From assembly GCA_965140415.1 (NCBI GenBank), contig OZ223209.1, positions 1,760,001-1,824,000 on the forward strand: a DNA stretch of 64,000 bases. Direction: 5' to 3'. The notes beneath the pieces are model-generated. The model worked only from the letters and a program-made list of their open reading frames with translations, was not told where the DNA came from and did no database searches. Source of the DNA: Myxococcota bacterium. GTDB lineage: Bacteria; Myxococcota_A; SURF-8. Position numbers and translations under genes: made by a program. This document shows, one piece after another, positions 57,853 to 64,000 of the stretch. The stretch's first letter is position 1, and every line of letters starts with the position of its first letter.

Positions 57853-58783
57853 TCGTTGCCTCCATCTCCAGGATATCCACTGCCTCTTGCTGCGTGACGA
57901 CATGACGGGTCGCTTTCAGGGTTTCGAACACGCGCCGGAACAGACGCTCTTTCTCCTCCCAGCTCACGGCCACATCCGGCTGCTTGAGCAATGCTGGCTC
58001 CAAGCCGTCGGCGCGACCGTCCATGAAGTCCATCGCGTGCAGCTCCAATACCAGGCAGCGTGAGTTCAGCGACAGCATCTTATAAAATGACGGGAACCAT
58101 CGTTCACCGCCCATTATAAGGAAAGATCCCAGAAATGGAAAGCGGAAAAGGGGACTTGTCGAAATCGGCAGTTCCCACAAGGAGGTCGCCCCGCGCTTCC
58201 AATAGTGGTGCAGGTTGGGGCGATACGGGTTCAACGGGGCCAGCAGTACCTCCGGTCCGCCCAGCAGACTGTGCGAGGATTTCCCGCGTGCGGCCATGGT
58301 GGCCAGTACACCGGCTTTGGTCAGATAGTATGGGGTGCAGGGGAAAACGGAACTGTCGTAGCGGTGCCCGCTTTTAGCGATGGTCTGCAATAGTTGCGGC
58401 GTCAGGTTGTAGCCCGGCGCGCGAAATCCAACGACTTCCCGTCCGGTGACCTGCTCGATGGTCTGTTTGCCCTCTTCGACTTCGCGTGTCATTTCCGGAC
58501 CGGAAAGCTGTGTAAGCCGATAGGGGTGGCTGTAGCTGTGATTGGCGATTTCCCAGCCTGCGTCGGACAGGTACTTGAGCAGGCGCGCATTGCCCGCCAT
58601 CTGTATGTCCTGGCCCACCACGAACAGCGTGCCGCGCAGGTCCAGTTCTTCCATGAGATTGACGAAGCGCTCCAGCCCCACTTCATACAGGCTGTTGTCT
58701 TCCTTGTCCTGTTCCAGGTCGTAAATGCCCTGATAGCAGTACAGTGAATCGACGTCGATGCTGATACAGGCTTGGCGGCTCAT
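57842..58783 (-). CDS. polysaccharide deacetylase (CE4)
   Basis: SIDVD, EIANHSYSH, GFRAPGY, YDSS. Confidence 0.9.
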   Translation of the reverse strand: MSRQACISIDVDSLYCYQGIYDLEQDKEDNSLYEVGLERFVNLMEELDLRGTLFVVGQDIQMAGNARLLKYLSDAGWEIANHSYSHPYRLTQLSGPEMTREVEEGKQTIEQVTGREVVGFRAPGYNLTPQLLQTIAKSGHRYDSSVFPCTPYYLTKAGVLATMAARGKSSHSLLGGPEVLLAPLNPYRPNLHHYWKRGATSLWELPISTSPLFRFPFLGSFLIMGGERWFPSFYKMLSLNSRCLVLELHAMDFMDGRADGLEPALLKQPDVAVSWEEKERLFRRVFETLKATRHVVTQQEAVDILEMEATSGR

Positions 58784-58798
58784 TTGTCCGTCCCCCAA

Positions 58799-59632
58799 TC
58801 AGCCTTTGACGCGAACCAGGTAAATCAGGCGGGTCAGATCTTTAAGCGCTTTGGGAACCCGGCGATACAGGTTGATCGACGGTGCGCGCATCTCACGCAC
58901 TTTCAGCGGCACTTCCGTTACGCGGAAACCCTGCCGCTCCGCGCGGATCACGAATTCGCTGGCGAACAGATCTTTTTCCAGCTTGCATTCGTCCACGACC
59001 TTGATCAGGCGCTTGCGGTTGAAGGTTTTCAAACCGTGCGTGTCGGTGCCTTTGAAACCCACGCCATAGCGCAACATGCCGTTTAGCACGCGCGTGGCTA
59101 CGCGACGTCCCAGCGGGCGCTCGTCCTGCGACTCGGCCAGGGCTTTACTGCCCACCACCATGTCGGCCTGGTCGTTTTTAAGCAGGCCCAATGCCGTTTC
59201 GTAGAAGTTCACGTCGCCCAGATCGATTTCGTCGCATACGACATACGCGCCGCGCGCATTTAAAATGCCGTTTCTAAGCGCCGCCCCGTAATTGGGTTCG
59301 GGATGATGCAGCAGGCGGATGAAATCGTATTTTTCAACCAACTGGTTGGCGAGCATCACGGTGCTGTCGGTCGAACCGTTTTCGGTGATGATGATCTCGT
59401 AATCGTAGTCTAAGCGATTCAGTTTCGCCACCAGTTGTTCCACGCTGCCGTAAATGATCAGCTCTTCGTTGAAAACGGGAATCACCACGGAGAGCATCGG
59501 CGTAGACGATTTCTTGACCACCGGCTTTTCATGCTTTACTGCTTTCTTTGCCTTGCTCTTGCTTTTGCTCTTATCTTTGCTCTTGTCTTTGCTTTTGGCC
59601 TTCGTGGTTTCTTTTTCTTTGTGACTGCTCAT
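58799..59632 (-). CDS. glycosyltransferase family 2 (DPM-synthase-like) with Lys/Ser-rich N-terminus
   Basis: LSVVIPVFNEE, ENGSTD, NYGAALRNG, DTHGLK; ATG 59632 with GAGG RBS. Confidence 0.88.
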   Translation of the reverse strand: MSSHKEKETTKAKSKDKSKDKSKSKSKAKKAVKHEKPVVKKSSTPMLSVVIPVFNEELIIYGSVEQLVAKLNRLDYDYEIIITENGSTDSTVMLANQLVEKYDFIRLLHHPEPNYGAALRNGILNARGAYVVCDEIDLGDVNFYETALGLLKNDQADMVVGSKALAESQDERPLGRRVATRVLNGMLRYGVGFKGTDTHGLKTFNRKRLIKVVDECKLEKDLFASEFVIRAERQGFRVTEVPLKVREMRAPSINLYRRVPKALKDLTRLIYLVRVKG

Positions 59633-59652
59633 CGGACTGCCTCTTTGTGTCG

Positions 59653-60948
59653 TTAGCGGTTGGAGCGGATCGTTTGTGCGGCCTCGCGACCGTCGATCAA
59701 CGCGGTTTCCATTGAATTGTAGGTCCAGCGGCCATAGCGACCGATGGACTGAATGCCGTTCTTGTTCAGCCAGGGATGCAGAATAGACAGGCTCTTTTCG
59801 TAGTGCTTGTCGAACACCACGTAGGCGTAAGGGATGTTGCGCGCCTCGTGGAAGAGGACGTCGTCCTGGCTCTTGATAACGCGCGCCTGGATCAGCCCCT
59901 TGACGGTGCGGTTCCACAGCGTCCGTTTGGACGGCAGGTTCCCGCGATGGCTGATTTCCACGTACAGGCTGCTCTTGCCGCGCGGAGCCATGCTGGGCAC
60001 GGCGTTGGAATAGCACCCGGCACGATAGAACGCGAAGGGCTTTTCCGGGAAGTAAATCCAGTGCGACGGAGAACCGGCCTTCCGGTTCAGGGCGATGTTG
60101 TAATAGAACACCTGGTTGTGCAGCAGCTTCGTTGCCGCGTTCTGCACGGTTTTGGGTGCATCCGCCAACAGTTTGATCAGTTCGGGCAAGGGCAGGCTGG
60201 AAACCAGGTTGTTGTAGCCGATGGTCTCGCCGTTACTTAGCTCGATTTTCTTTTTCTTGGCGTAAATGCGCACCGGTTCGGTTTTGTACTGCACGTGATT
60301 GCCATCCAGCGCGGCGGCCAGATTTTTACTCAGTTCACCGATGCCACCGGTTTTCGGATACACGAACCCGGCGTTGTAGCCGATGGTTTCCTCCGGTTTG
60401 CGCAGCGCGCCATCCAGTAATTGATCCAAGGTCGGTTTGGGCACGTAATGCTGGCACCAGTGCGGCGTCATATCGCGCGGATGGGTACACCACAGCTTCT
60501 CGTTGTAAGGAATCATGAAATGCTTGGCGATGCCCGCGCCCATGTGTTTGAGCACCCATTCCTCAAAGCTCTTCGGTTCGGAAGAACTGGGGTTGTGATA
60601 CACCGCTTCCACGAAACCGGCGATGATCTCCTTGATCACGTCCACCGGCAAACCGTAAGTGTTCGTTTGGAAGGGGTAGTATGTATAGACGTCCTTGCTG
60701 AAAATGCGCGAGTCGCGCACCACGTTTACAAGGCGTTTACCCATCAAATCCGTCACCATGCGGCGAATGCCGTCATCGCGCATGTGCAGCCAGTGACCGG
60801 TGACATCGAAATGAAAGCCGTCGCGATTGTGCGTCACGACCAGCCCGCCCGGATGCGCTTCGCGTTCGATGATTTCGTAATCGTCACCCAGGTGATACGC
60901 CGTTGACATACCGGCCAGCCCGGCTCCTAGAATAACTGTCTCTCGCAT
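59653..60948 (-). CDS. FAD-dependent oxidoreductase (HemY/UDP-galactopyranose mutase-like)
   Basis: ILGAGLAG, FDVTGHWLH, PYNEKLW, FVYPKTGG, GRYGRWTY. Confidence 0.85.
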   Translation of the reverse strand: MRETVILGAGLAGMSTAYHLGDDYEIIEREAHPGGLVVTHNRDGFHFDVTGHWLHMRDDGIRRMVTDLMGKRLVNVVRDSRIFSKDVYTYYPFQTNTYGLPVDVIKEIIAGFVEAVYHNPSSSEPKSFEEWVLKHMGAGIAKHFMIPYNEKLWCTHPRDMTPHWCQHYVPKPTLDQLLDGALRKPEETIGYNAGFVYPKTGGIGELSKNLAAALDGNHVQYKTEPVRIYAKKKKIELSNGETIGYNNLVSSLPLPELIKLLADAPKTVQNAATKLLHNQVFYYNIALNRKAGSPSHWIYFPEKPFAFYRAGCYSNAVPSMAPRGKSSLYVEISHRGNLPSKRTLWNRTVKGLIQARVIKSQDDVLFHEARNIPYAYVVFDKHYEKSLSILHPWLNKNGIQSIGRYGRWTYNSMETALIDGREAAQTIRSNR

Positions 60949-61271
60949 TGCAACTCCGACCCGTTTTTGATCGTTTCAAGCGGTTTCTAAACGTCACAAC
61001 ATTGGGGGCCGATTACTACCATGGCAAACGGGAAAAATCCAGTGAAAAACGTAGCGATCAAAGGCGTTATGCATCGACAAAGCCGTGGTGGTTCCGCCTT
61101 TCCGTTGTTTTGTGCGGCAGCGATTGGGAAGCGCCGATATCGCTTTTGCTCGTGAACAAATCGTATCGCCAATACGACACATGGGGATAGGAAGAAATTC
61201 ATAGCGGCGGCATATGGCGAGGCTGTGGCGGAAGCGGCAAAAGCAGGCTGCGTATTCTTTTGCTTTTTTGC

Positions 61272-61299
61272 TTGACCTTGTTGTCAAGGTTAATATAAT
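61272..61299 (+). promoter_or_regulatory. sigma70 promoter of GntR gene, overlapped by an inverted repeat
   Basis: TTGACC-16 nt-TATAAT; TTGACCTTG-N4-CAAGGTTAA. Confidence 0.6.
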
Positions 61300-61307
61300 C
61301 CACTTAA

Positions 61308-61326
61308 TGTATACGTAGGACATACA
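61308..61326. promoter_or_regulatory. candidate YtrA-type operator
   Basis: TGTAT-N9-ATACA palindrome between -10 and RBS. Confidence 0.6.
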
Positions 61327-61351
61327 AGGCGCAGGGAAGGGAGTCGAGAAT

Positions 61352-61735
61352 ATGAATGACTACAGCATCGAGCCCGGTTCTCGGGTACCGTTGATGCATC
61401 AAGTTGCCCGTCAGATTCGAGCCAGCATCGCACGCGGTGATCTGGTCATCGGTGATTATCTGCCCTCCGTTCGGGAGTTGGGACGGTCGTTGCAGATCAA
61501 CTTCAATACGGTGGCGAAAGCGTATCGATTGCTGGAGCGCGAAGACCTGATCGATATCAAGCATGGCCTGGGCGCGCGGGTGAAAAACGTGACCGTGGAG
61601 AGCCAGGAAAACAAGGGGCAGAAGCACTTGTTGTCGGAACTGGAAGAAGTAATTTGTCAGCTCACGCTTTCCGGAGCCAATCAGGAAGAGGTGGTGGATT
61701 TCTTCGCCGAGGCGATCGGACGGCATTACAGCTAG
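61352..61735 (+). CDS. GntR-family regulator, YtrA subfamily
   Basis: P...Q..., LPSVRELG..LQINFNTVAKAYRLLE; short C-terminal helix. Confidence 0.92.
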   Translation: MNDYSIEPGSRVPLMHQVARQIRASIARGDLVIGDYLPSVRELGRSLQINFNTVAKAYRLLEREDLIDIKHGLGARVKNVTVESQENKGQKHLLSELEEVICQLTLSGANQEEVVDFFAEAIGRHYS

Positions 61736-62027
61736 TCGTATTCTCTGAAACTCCAGTAAAATCATTGCGTTAGACTTGTTTTTGTAAGTCGTGGGGTCGG
61801 TGCGTGGAATGTGGCACGTGCCATTGGTGACGCTTGTTTTGCCGGTCGGAAAACGCAGTTCGAAAACAGGAATCGAAGCCGGTTTTTTCTTGTGTAAAAG
61901 TCGTGTAATAACAGCATGTTAGGTGCTGTTCAGAATGCGTTTTTTCCTTTACAACTTCCGGTAAATATGGTACAAATATTCTAAATGGAGCGTAATTCTC
62001 CAACCTGTTGTTTTTACTTCATATTAA

Positions 62028-64000
<1,973 letters not shown>

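Noticed and set aside
59633-60016. Long N-terminal extension of GT2 ORF
   Set aside because: Overlaps the FAD oxidoreductase in another frame; RBS supports ATG 59632
60949-61270. Possible riboswitch or small ORFs in long intergenic region
   Set aside because: GGCAAAC present but the rest of the c-di-GMP-I consensus is absent; short ORFs lack RBS and motifs

Overview
Chromosomal window from a bacterium of moderate GC content. Gene content (Cys-rich/DGD lipoproteins, DUF4159/vWA pair, MYXO-CTERM-like tail, long-insert GyrB, rubrerythrin) suggests a Myxococcota/deltaproteobacterial, probably anaerobic or microaerophilic lineage; this is inference. It holds about 50 CDS. Housekeeping genes are recJ, dapF, cmk, ahcY, udg, coaBC, lepA, lapAB-like, sppA, rpsA and partial gyrB. 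Redox-defence genes are rubredoxin (missed by the ORF track), rubrerythrin, a peroxiredoxin and an MsrP-like lipoprotein. There are also envelope glycosylation operons, a probable 6S RNA upstream of ahcY and a ~160-bp REP/MITE-like hairpin. No CRISPR, tRNA, rRNA, transposase or prophage was seen. The most notable items are: a stand-alone glycyl radical enzyme with atypical active-site-proximal sequence and no adjacent activase; an unassigned saccharopine-dehydrogenase/SCP2/aminotransferase/HAD cluster; a secreted protein with a four-copy unrecognised repeat; CoaBC with a ~295-aa disordered tail; a Sec-type CopC-like/Moco fusion lipoprotein; and a candidate sRNA. All calls come from reading the sequence by eye; no searches were run.
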